A stretch of DNA of 64,000 nucleotides from a virus. The notes beneath the pieces were generated by a model. The model worked only from the letters and a program-made list of their open reading frames with translations, was not told where the DNA came from and searched no databases. How positions within the stretch are numbered: position 1 is the stretch's first letter; every line of letters begins with the position of its first letter. The translations under genes and the position numbers were made by a program. The DNA is taken from positions 17,109 to 81,108 of the IMG/VR virus record IMGVR_UViG_3300044609_000988; one strand, 5' to 3'. Of this stretch, positions 19,801 to 27,539 are shown one piece after another.

Positions 19801-21921
19801 TATACAGAACCACCTTCAGTAGTTATTCGTGGAACAGGAACTGGTGCAAGTGGAGCAGTAATTGAGTCTGTTATAGAAATTGATACCCCAGCAGTTCGCA
19901 TGGGTATTGCAATCGATACTGCTGGAACTACGGCATCAACAATCCCAACTAGATTTAATTTTGAACATCCTGTATATTTACAGAATGATACTGAATATGC
20001 TTTAGCTATCGAAACAGATTCAACTGATTATAAGTTATGGGCATCTAGATTAACTGAAACTGAAGTAGCTACAGGAGCTGCAGTTACTGCACAACCTTTA
20101 CTCGGTTCCGTTTACAAATCACAGAATACTGATAACTGGACACAAGATTTATTTGAAGATATTAAATTTACTTTATATCGTGCTGAGTTTGATATTAGCA
20201 GAAGTGCAGAACTTTTACTCACCAACGAAAATCCTGGTTATGAAAAATTAGAATTGGATCCGATTGAAACGTATGCTTTAGCCAATACTAATGCAACTTC
20301 CCCATTATTCAAGAATAATAATTCCATCGTCAAAGTAAGACATAGAGATAATGGTTTTGAAACTTCGGGCAAATCATATGTATTCTTCAAATCACTGAAG
20401 AATGTTGGTGGATTTAATGGTAGTGTTTTAAATTCTACTTTATTCAAAGTTTCTAACACAGGTCTAGACTATTACAATATTGTTGGTCCTACTAGAGCAA
20501 GTTCCAACTCTGTTGGTGGCGGAGAAGAAGGATTGGTTTCTTATAATAGAAAGTTTGAAAAATTATATGCTCATATCAATTATATCCAAGCACCAAATAC
20601 CAAGATTGATAGTTTTGTAAAAACAACTAATATCATCCCAATTGATTCAAATACCCTAAATTATACTTCTTATTCACAATCTAATTTTGAAAAGACATTT
20701 ATTAACGAAGAGCAATTCTTCACAAATCAAAAAATAATTGCTTCCCGCATCAATGAAATTTTAAATTCTGTAGATAGATCACTAACATACAAGATGCAGT
20801 TATCATCAACTGTATCATATCTATCACCTGTAATTGATCTTCGTGTTGCCTCAGTCAAAACCTCAACAAATCGAGTAGAAAATGCTGCTGGCAAAGAGCC
20901 TAGATTTGGCAAGAGATATCAAATTTTATCTTTCTTACCAATCTATCGTTTTACAATTAATGGAACTAGCCAGAATATTGAAATAAATCAAACTATTGAA
21001 GGACTAACATCTGGTGCTAAAGGTAAAATAGTTAGAACTGAAGGTCAATCTGTTTGGGTAAAAGTTACTTCGCCATCAACCTTTACACAGCAAGAGTATG
21101 TATTCCTTTCTACTCAGTCGCAAGAAGGTGGTATTCTAGAAGGAATTGATATTTCAATTGCTAACAATAGCATTGTTCAGCAATCATTTAGTTTTGATAT
21201 TGGTTCTACCGTTGTTGCATTTAATCCAAGTGCTACAAACGAAAAATATGACAACAAAATTAGTGGCAAAGTTGTTAATTGGGATTCTGCTTCCAGACAG
21301 TTAATTATAGAAAATGACAAAGCTCCAATCAATGCTGATTATGTAAGCAAGATTACTTTGGGTAGTGACTTCTCAAGAGAGCCTGATTCTGATAATCAAT
21401 CCCCAGATATTTTCCGTATTGGTGATATTCTTTATTATGATGGAATTGCTTTCGGAACAGAAGAATTTGTTGAGGTAGGTTCTATGGAATTTACTAATGG
21501 CATTGATTTTGTTTCTGAAAGGGCATCAAACAATAGTTCTTCAGTTGCAAAATATGTAACTAAAGAAATCGCAATTAATCAACCAGGAACATCTGTTGAT
21601 GTGAGATTAACTTTAAATATCAAAGATATAGAAAATATTAAAGTTCTATACAAGATAAAGGAATCTTCCAGTCAAGTTAATTTCACTGATATTGAATGGA
21701 ATTACTTTAATATTGATGGCAATCCAGATAATAATGATTTGGCAACTTATTCAAACTCTATATCAGGTCAAATTGAAAATCAATCTGCATATCAAGAATT
21801 GAAATATAGTGCCGCCAATTTATCTGAATTTAATTCATTTGCAATTAAAATTGTTATGAAGACAGATGATCCAGCTTATGTTCCGAAGATTCAAGATGTT
21901 CGTGCAGTTGCTTCTTATTGA
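13825..21921 (+). CDS. Large virion structural protein (VrlC/DUF4815-like, 2698 aa)
   Basis: MPQKTNLNVSPYYDDFD…KVLFRPGYSIQTRELTSLQSILQNQ, APGAHR, LARRTYDESGDY and RYTMRDIGKLEKRIERLEYY, typical of the protein following gp8 in T4-like marine/freshwater phages. Confidence 0.85.
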   Translation: MPQKTNLNVSPYYDDFDAKKNFYKVLFRPGYSIQTRELTSLQSILQNQIESYGKFQFKQGDLVVPGEVGLNTRLDYVKLSSVSEVAVNVDGNIVFQKYDIKKLIGQQVQGITSGVVANVLAAEYSSSTESDTLFVKYTTSGNSGDELTFRQGETLEIINGVNTPLLVVGTDGSALPTSIKITDPDTNQSSFKESPAMGFASAVKVEEGIYFINGYFVRNNEQLLVINKYYNEPSLIVGFDIEENIIAPEQDASLYDNSKGFSNSTAPGAHRLTINLKLKTYEYGAQTDKNFIQLLSIKSGVVQKQIKQADYTLLESTLARRTYDESGDYVVDNFSLEVREYYQKNNNFGIFTKDSNNLVNGLSESEASSKLLASVGPGKAYVRGYEIVNGETKYLPINKSRDTITRDNITLKTQGLAEFKVTNVYGTIPLNDEGADATAYPTVFLNSVFNDGTIGLNDLESASNQKQTISRRSEGFEIGYGIKTIYISVSSLTNPIQTINDSNFDSVLNDLWFIKTRTGTTPSTIDSVRPIAYSKVNRPDLAADVALLELTIYGKKDLLSLFLKEYDEQSASKLRDVFLSQADAFANQNKFGSVVDYSEVITPVIGLAKPKNFSLVERGNGFNQDTDIVISRGRLNDGTASYNSTFKFNYFNPVFFTRLLLDSTVPESNISSQQFTPGKYIKGLQSGAYGVVEGSLTEFYSYGNTLFVKTLSGTFQPGESITDENGNILRIAKENTISHFIVAKRGAGFVNPTVTIDGVSYDNSKVKVFTEGSSVYRIDVLDRDSVSAEYSTPPIVVVNSAEATVSTCIVEPVLYRDTVYTYSPQNVKSFFAEYGSAKNNKFTADIEVNKTAYTDTTPITDFSFTGFAGDKYIECNGFGGDPTKLLTQGDLILFADDEGRTNRMIVQYTTKPEGSKKARIYLDYALPANAINVSVVRLRPQISNFNTSLIFPTGSSQVSSLIKDSADSKFKYYVRRDFITTGSSSGGSVTFAAQLPFGTQRFTSYSEQNFLITVIDRGSSTLVSNGDILYIDPSYVNVETSSDTTSGLTAGSVIITLPNNFFGNLTSNFPKLKLSATIEVTKAKPRLKTAIKNKRIVVTSSGDRVIPLRGQDYDTEEVEIFSYSDAYKLKYVYEGSSTNPPKVDTNGNLISGTDVTNRFTFDDGQRDTHYDVSRIILKPGFEAPVGQLVIGFDYFEHSQGDFCTVDSYLHEAGVGSEEIPSFNSSVYGITSLKDVIDFRPKADNDTIISGFQDKTLLSQQDYIKFSGPGGIIAGSPASDFNLEYTFSFSETQYLDRIDGVFLDKKGQFIIKEGNSSLNPSKPEIIDDAIALYYLYIPAYTDSNKDVRIIPVDNKRYTMRDIGKLEKRIERLEYYTLLSVLEQQALNMQIKDEIGLDRFKSGFVVDNFETHRIGNLQSIDYKCSIDTQQSVLRPQVKEDNFTLKEVYTRVDERQNAGYQKTGDVVTLPYTNVRLLGNNFATKTVSPNPFVVLQYVGDANISPSVDQWYNTDVVPLITDTNTNLFTIFLAKADSRDSFASFYNSFVVNWVGYNRNFYNIASLSNINSQQASSNVEIASVASTSNISPFNNETAKGVTTKTTNDNSVISSIQFFARSIPVKFNLTRLKPQTQIYVFMEGIDINRWAIPDIRYTGIAGNSPSSFNAPIVTDENGNASGIILIPAGKPPRENTSWTGNVQTVIYDDTASDVYITSGIKTIRFTSSSTNEVKDKVDTYTETKFYSSGTLPENPASIISTLPAYFKANEGVQLVDQSTSNKEKPNPLTQTFTVENFDGGVFVTGLDLYFNKKSDNIPVRVYLTNVDVGKPGKYIIPGTESALLPNTYLKVFASGNLTITVGEKVKGKSSGAEGPILKVYDKNNIEVLASTIGEISLSNEQVYTLVLSNHNGISFQQNEALEVPSVILYNNKTAQNLGLTIAKDSGKVVDLKIKNVGINYQSAILTIESPQLPGGSTATGTVDVSNGKIYNTEISIGGNGYTEPPSVVIRGTGTGASGAVIESVIEIDTPAVRMGIAIDTAGTTASTIPTRFNFEHPVYLQNDTEYALAIETDSTDYKLWASRLTETEVATGAAVTAQPLLGSVYKSQNTDNWTQDLFEDIKFTLYRAEFDISRSAELLLTNENPGYEKLELDPIETYALANTNATSPLFKNNNSIVKVRHRDNGFETSGKSYVFFKSLKNVGGFNGSVLNSTLFKVSNTGLDYYNIVGPTRASSNSVGGGEEGLVSYNRKFEKLYAHINYIQAPNTKIDSFVKTTNIIPIDSNTLNYTSYSQSNFEKTFINEEQFFTNQKIIASRINEILNSVDRSLTYKMQLSSTVSYLSPVIDLRVASVKTSTNRVENAAGKEPRFGKRYQILSFLPIYRFTINGTSQNIEINQTIEGLTSGAKGKIVRTEGQSVWVKVTSPSTFTQQEYVFLSTQSQEGGILEGIDISIANNSIVQQSFSFDIGSTVVAFNPSATNEKYDNKISGKVVNWDSASRQLIIENDKAPINADYVSKITLGSDFSREPDSDNQSPDIFRIGDILYYDGIAFGTEEFVEVGSMEFTNGIDFVSERASNNSSSVAKYVTKEIAINQPGTSVDVRLTLNIKDIENIKVLYKIKESSSQVNFTDIEWNYFNIDGNPDNNDLATYSNSISGQIENQSAYQELKYSAANLSEFNSFAIKIVMKTDDPAYVPKIQDVRAVASY

Positions 21922-22127
21922 TGGACAATCGTTATTTAAAAGTTGAAGGCCACGAAAATTTGTATAGAGATTCATCAACGGGGGCTATTGTCAATACAGA
22001 CAAACCAGCTCCCAAAAATTTTTCTAAACAATTTACAAATGCTATTGATGACATAAATAGTTTGAAGGAAGAAATATCTGAAATCAAAAGACTTCTTAGA
22101 GAGATAGTAAGAAATGGCAGTTCTTAG
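21921..22127 (+). CDS. Small conserved hypothetical protein with a C-terminal coiled coil
   Basis: ATG overlaps the upstream TGA; KVEGHENLYRD..TGAIVNTD motif; overlaps the next start codon. Confidence 0.8.
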   Translation: MDNRYLKVEGHENLYRDSSTGAIVNTDKPAPKNFSKQFTNAIDDINSLKEEISEIKRLLREIVRNGSS

Positions 22128-25100
22128 ATCCGTTGCTAAAACAGATACATTTGAAATTTTTAGGCAAAAAGTAAACGAAATTGCTGGCGATGTTTTTAGC
22201 ATTTCTTCTGGCGGTAGTGACCTATCTACAGGAAATCTTAAGTTGGGAGATGGCACAAGAACTGCCCCAGCATTAGCTTTTGTATCAGATGGTAGCTTAG
22301 GAATTTACAAACCAGCAGCAAAAACTTTTGGATTTGTGAGTGGTGGCAAGAAAATTGCTGATTATTCAGAAGCATCAGTATATACTTTCAAAGATTTAAT
22401 TTTACAACAAAATATTTTAAATAATACGGGTATTTCTATAACAAATATTGGTAATAATTATGATGCTGGGGAATATTCTGATGTTAAATTAATTGGTGGC
22501 ACTGGAGATAATGCTACTGCAGATATCACGGTTACTGAATTTTCGGGGAGTATTAATTCAGTTGGAGCAAATTATATTGAAGGTAATTATAGTGGTATAC
22601 CAATATCTGGTGGATCTGGCACAGGAGCTGTAGTATCATTTGATATTAATGGAATAGTTGGGAATATTACAGAAGGAGGAACTGGTTATATTCCAGGAAC
22701 TTACGACAATATCGAATTAATTAATGGATCTGGCACAGGAGCAGAAGCTAGTATTGTTGTTACTGGAGATACTGTTCTTAGTGGTTCTATCACAAATCCT
22801 GGTTCTGGATATACTGAAGGAGTATATAATTTTGTCGGAATTTTAAATAAACCACTCGATACTTTTGCAGTAACTTCAATATCAAATCCAGGAACTCCCC
22901 CACCAAATAATGTTTATCAAATTGACGGAGTAACCCAAGATACATTAACTTTAATTAGAGGAAATACTTATAGATTTGATGTATCAAATTCTTCTCTTTC
23001 TTCATATCCATTAATTTTTAGAGCAATTACTGATGAATTTTTGGCATCTGAAGATTATAATGTAGTCTCAAAAGGAACTATTGGAACTACAGGAGCATTT
23101 ATAGATCTTATTATAAAACCAACAGCTTCATTAGGTAATATCAAATATGATTGTTCATCTGATCCAGGAATGGGATCGACAATTACTATTATTGATGGAG
23201 CTTTAGGACAGTATGGAAGTATTGCAACTGCCACGGCAACAGTAAATTCTTCTGGTTTAGTATCTGATTTTGAAATTACTTCTTTTGGTTCTGATTACAA
23301 ACAAACTGACGTATTACAAGTTTATTTTGGTGAAGTTGGAGGGACTGGTTCTGGGTTTGAATATACAATAGGATCTCCTTCTTATACTGGCGTAGTATCT
23401 GAAATTACTATCACAAATAACGGCATTAATTATTTAAAAAATAATGTTTTATCAATAAATTCTCTAGATGTTGGTGGCGAAGGATCTGGATTTGAATTTA
23501 CAATAACGTCAGATCCTGGAATAGTATCAAATCTACAATTCAGCTCTAAAGGCTCTGGGTATCAAATCGAAGATATTCTTGAATTACCAGAAGAAATAAC
23601 AAATATACAAACAAATTTAAATTCTCAAGTTTCGGGATTATCTACTACACTAAGTAATTCATCTACATTAGTTACCGTATCATCCACAAATGGTATTGTT
23701 GCTGGGATGACTGTTTTAACAGATATTTTAACCAGTGTTGGCGAACTTCCTATAGGAACAACTGTTCTTTCAGTAAATAGTTTAACTCAAATAACATTAT
23801 CCCAATTGCCTTCCACTTCAGGAACAGCAACTTTAAATTTTGTTTCGCCAGGACAACTTGACGAAATACAATTAGTTTCGGTTGAAAATATTATAGTTGG
23901 TTCTACTGTAACACAAACAGCTGGTTCGGGACAATTAGATATAGATACCACAGTAACAGAAATTGACACAGAAACAAATATAATTACTCTATCATCTCAG
24001 CCAGTAAAAGCAGGATCAGCAACTTTAACTTTTTCGCCTCCATTTGGAATTCCTGCAAATAAATTTGAATACGAAATTTCAAATTTAGGTAGTATTGAAG
24101 AATTTACTATTACTGCTGGAGGAAATGGATATTCGTTGGGAGATGTATTAACTGTAAACAACAAAGATTTAACACAGCCAATTGTATTTTCAGTAATTAA
24201 TAAAAATTTACAAACAATTACTTTTGTTAATTCTATTTCAAGTGCAGTTTTTTCTGTTGGAGATACTATTACATTAACGGGAGGATCTTTAATTCCTGTT
24301 ATTTCCACAATTTATAGTATAAAATCTTCTGGGGGATTTATACAAAGTATATTAGTAGATTCTGGAAATTATGAATCAGGAGATATTATAACTGGAGAAT
24401 CAATAACAACTTCAAATTATGAAATAAATACTGCTTCTTCTACACAATATAGATATTTTATTGATACTGGTTCTGGTTACGAATTAACTCCAAATTTAAC
24501 TCTATATGTAGGAAACACTTATAACTTTAATTTATCTGATAGTTCAAATTCTTCTCATATATTTTCATTAAGTAAATTTAGAGATGGCATTTGGGGACCT
24601 AGTTTAATTGAAAATATAACAACTACATTATCTACATCTTCTGCAACAATTATCGTAAATGATACTACTGGCATTTTGCCAGGAATGGAAGTTTCAGTTA
24701 CTGATGGTGATGGGGTATTGGAGCTAGCAACTAAAGTATTGCAAGTTAATAATGTATCAAACTCAATACTGTTAGATAAAGCGCCAAGTTTCTCTGGTGC
24801 AGTAACATTAACATTTAGGGGAACACAATATACCGATGGAGTCGAAAGAGGACAATCCATCTTATCAATTAATGTAACAGAAAATACTCCAAATCTTTAC
24901 TATTATTGTGCTGCTCAAAATAGCACCCATGTTAATGAAGGTGGAGAAGATAACCAAGAAGCTGTTATCACGATCAACCCAAATAATCCAAAAGTATTTG
25001 GTAGTGATTTTTTACTCAGTGTAGATGAATTAACCACAGAAGATGTAATTAGTGGTAATATCGAAACTGGAGAATTTATAGCAGTTTCTTTTACTGGCAA

Positions 25101-26973
25101 TGAAGCAACCTTTGGATCTGCTTCGGTGACAGGAACTTTATCTGCACCATCAATTACAGGAAATGATATTACTGCTACTACAATTACATCTACAGGTAAT
25201 TTAGAATTATCTGGAACGGAAGTAAATGTGACAGGAGATTTTAATATTGGTTCCAATATTCAAGTAGTTTCTTCTAATGGTAATATTACAACGTCAGGTA
25301 TTCTCCAAACCAATGGCAGTTTAAACGTTAATAATATTTTAACGGTTATTGATAATACTATTTCTACTATTACTGGCAGTGATATTGTATTAGAACCGCC
25401 TACAGGAAGAGTAGCAAAAGTAAACACAACAACTGCTATTATAATTCCTTCGGGTAATTCTGCTCAACGACCAGCAGGAGCAGTTGCTCAGAATGGAGCA
25501 ATACGTTTCAATACAGAAACTGGACAATACGAAGGTTACAGTGCTGCTACAACTTCATGGTCATCTCTTGGTGGTGTCAGAGATCTTGATGGAAATACTT
25601 ATATTGCTGCCGAAGCATTTACTGGTGCTAATGATAATATTTTATACTTTTTTAATGATACTAATAATACATTAAAACTAACAACATCGTATCTTGATTT
25701 TAATACGGTAAAGAAACTTCGTTCTTTGAATATTTCTTTACCTACCTTCACTAATTGGTCAGCAAATACTCCAGTTACTCTCGGTTCTTATGTAAAGTAT
25801 AGAAATAATCTTTACGAAGTAACTCAAGCAGGCACTACAGGAACTTCGGGTAACGAACCAGTTCATACAACTGGAGTTCAACCAAATGGCACAGCACAAT
25901 TAACTTGGTATATTTCTGCTGTTGCTCCATTAACATTTGAAGAAATTTCGGAACTTCAAGTTGGACCTCTTGGCAATCTCCCACTTATTGTTAATAGCGA
26001 TTTAAGATTAGCAGATAATGTTTTATCAACAGATGTTAGTGACCTTATACTCAGACCAAATGCTGGTAAGAAAGTTACCATCGATGCTCAAACATCTCTT
26101 GTAATTCCTGCTGGAGACAGCAATAATAGAGGTGTTGCTGCACAAGGTTCTATTCGTTATAGCACTACTTTATCTTCGTTTGAAGGTTATAACGGAACTA
26201 ATTGGACAAGTTTAGGTGGCGTAAAAGACGTTGACGGAAATACATATATTATTCCAGAAACTGCTCCTGGTGCTAATGAAAATATTTTATACTTCTATAA
26301 TGATGGCGAAAATACTTTACGCTTATCAAAAACAGCTTTAACTTTCCAGACAATTTCTACAATCTCATCAAATTCAAATACTTTAGCTATCAATGCTAAT
26401 CTAATAACTTTTGATAATTTATCAGCATCAATTGATAACTCAGGAACATCCACATTTATTTCATCCACACAAACTAATTTAGATTTAGGTCTGTCAGTTG
26501 GTCTTACAAATAAACATCTATTGAGATTAAATACCTCTGGAGATATTATTATTAATAGAGGATTTGGTACATCGATAGAAAATAACCTAGTTGTACTTTC
26601 TAATGAATTAAAAGATTTTGAATTGGATGATACTAAACTTTCTACAGCTGATATTAACTTAACTAAAGGAACTACAAATACTGGTTCTACAGTTCTTTAT
26701 TCTCCATCTTCTGCCTCAGGAATTAAAGTCGTAGTTTCTGCTGAAAATATCACCACAAATGATGTTGAAATGATCGAATTTACTGTTACTGATAAAGGAA
26801 GTGATATTTACCATAGTGAATATGGAAATGTTATTACAAATGATAATTTAATTAATATTACTTTTGATTTTAATGCTTCTAATGATGTCAGAATGAATTT
26901 TGCTTTAGATGCCTCTGTTCAAACTGGCGATGAGGTAAATATTACAGTAGTAAAAACCATTATCAAAAAATAA
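22114..26973 (+). CDS. Structural protein, baseplate/fibre connector-like (1619 aa)
   Basis: N-terminus DTFEIFRQKVNEI resembles gp9/gp10/fibre N-termini; GG.G.GA and G.GY repeats; duplicated C-terminal module; CBM-like segment. Confidence 0.75.
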   Translation: MAVLRSVAKTDTFEIFRQKVNEIAGDVFSISSGGSDLSTGNLKLGDGTRTAPALAFVSDGSLGIYKPAAKTFGFVSGGKKIADYSEASVYTFKDLILQQNILNNTGISITNIGNNYDAGEYSDVKLIGGTGDNATADITVTEFSGSINSVGANYIEGNYSGIPISGGSGTGAVVSFDINGIVGNITEGGTGYIPGTYDNIELINGSGTGAEASIVVTGDTVLSGSITNPGSGYTEGVYNFVGILNKPLDTFAVTSISNPGTPPPNNVYQIDGVTQDTLTLIRGNTYRFDVSNSSLSSYPLIFRAITDEFLASEDYNVVSKGTIGTTGAFIDLIIKPTASLGNIKYDCSSDPGMGSTITIIDGALGQYGSIATATATVNSSGLVSDFEITSFGSDYKQTDVLQVYFGEVGGTGSGFEYTIGSPSYTGVVSEITITNNGINYLKNNVLSINSLDVGGEGSGFEFTITSDPGIVSNLQFSSKGSGYQIEDILELPEEITNIQTNLNSQVSGLSTTLSNSSTLVTVSSTNGIVAGMTVLTDILTSVGELPIGTTVLSVNSLTQITLSQLPSTSGTATLNFVSPGQLDEIQLVSVENIIVGSTVTQTAGSGQLDIDTTVTEIDTETNIITLSSQPVKAGSATLTFSPPFGIPANKFEYEISNLGSIEEFTITAGGNGYSLGDVLTVNNKDLTQPIVFSVINKNLQTITFVNSISSAVFSVGDTITLTGGSLIPVISTIYSIKSSGGFIQSILVDSGNYESGDIITGESITTSNYEINTASSTQYRYFIDTGSGYELTPNLTLYVGNTYNFNLSDSSNSSHIFSLSKFRDGIWGPSLIENITTTLSTSSATIIVNDTTGILPGMEVSVTDGDGVLELATKVLQVNNVSNSILLDKAPSFSGAVTLTFRGTQYTDGVERGQSILSINVTENTPNLYYYCAAQNSTHVNEGGEDNQEAVITINPNNPKVFGSDFLLSVDELTTEDVISGNIETGEFIAVSFTGNEATFGSASVTGTLSAPSITGNDITATTITSTGNLELSGTEVNVTGDFNIGSNIQVVSSNGNITTSGILQTNGSLNVNNILTVIDNTISTITGSDIVLEPPTGRVAKVNTTTAIIIPSGNSAQRPAGAVAQNGAIRFNTETGQYEGYSAATTSWSSLGGVRDLDGNTYIAAEAFTGANDNILYFFNDTNNTLKLTTSYLDFNTVKKLRSLNISLPTFTNWSANTPVTLGSYVKYRNNLYEVTQAGTTGTSGNEPVHTTGVQPNGTAQLTWYISAVAPLTFEEISELQVGPLGNLPLIVNSDLRLADNVLSTDVSDLILRPNAGKKVTIDAQTSLVIPAGDSNNRGVAAQGSIRYSTTLSSFEGYNGTNWTSLGGVKDVDGNTYIIPETAPGANENILYFYNDGENTLRLSKTALTFQTISTISSNSNTLAINANLITFDNLSASIDNSGTSTFISSTQTNLDLGLSVGLTNKHLLRLNTSGDIIINRGFGTSIENNLVVLSNELKDFELDDTKLSTADINLTKGTTNTGSTVLYSPSSASGIKVVVSAENITTNDVEMIEFTVTDKGSDIYHSEYGNVITNDNLINITFDFNASNDVRMNFALDASVQTGDEVNITVVKTIIKK

Positions 26974-26976
26974 ACA

Positions 26977-27486
26977 ATGGCAACTAATTTAAAACAGTTT
27001 GATTCTGTAGGTGGATTTTCAGTAGATAATACTACTGTAATTAATAATTTAAAAGATGTTAAAAACGTCAACACATTAGAGTTAAAAAATAGCGAATTTT
27101 CTGATAGTACAAGAACTCAGTATATTTTACGTGGTACTAATACCGCTATATTAGGTACTGATGCTATTGGATCTCAAATTATTCTTCCATCAGAAACTAT
27201 TAGTTTTATCACTGGTCATATTATTGGTGTTAATTCTAGTGGAGGAGGACACCATTCATCAAAAATTGAAAGTGTTGTATCATGTGATGTAGCTGGAAAC
27301 GTTCAGGTTCTTTCTGAATTAACTACTATTGTAAAAGATAGTATTCCAGAAAGTCAAAATTGGACAGTAAATACTTATGATGGTGGGGCAGCTAATAGAT
27401 TTAGCTATTCTGTTACCAGAGCAGGAACAACAGACACAATTAAGTGGATAGCTACAGTAGATGTGATAAGCATTCTGTGGTTATAA
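26977..27486 (+). CDS. Small virion structural protein
   Basis: Tightly packed between two fibre genes; beta-rich composition; FDSVGGFSV motif. Confidence 0.7.
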   Translation: MATNLKQFDSVGGFSVDNTTVINNLKDVKNVNTLELKNSEFSDSTRTQYILRGTNTAILGTDAIGSQIILPSETISFITGHIIGVNSSGGGHHSSKIESVVSCDVAGNVQVLSELTTIVKDSIPESQNWTVNTYDGGAANRFSYSVTRAGTTDTIKWIATVDVISILWL

Positions 27487-27489
27487 TAA

Positions 27490-27497
27490 ACTAAATA
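27490..27497 (+). promoter_or_regulatory. Late promoter variant (ACTAAATA)
   Basis: Intergenic, about 40 nt before the 27540 start; an SD-like GGAG follows. Confidence 0.6.
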
Positions 27498-27539
27498 TAC
27501 TAAGGAATAACATCTTCAGAAGCGGAGCAGCACAGCAAA

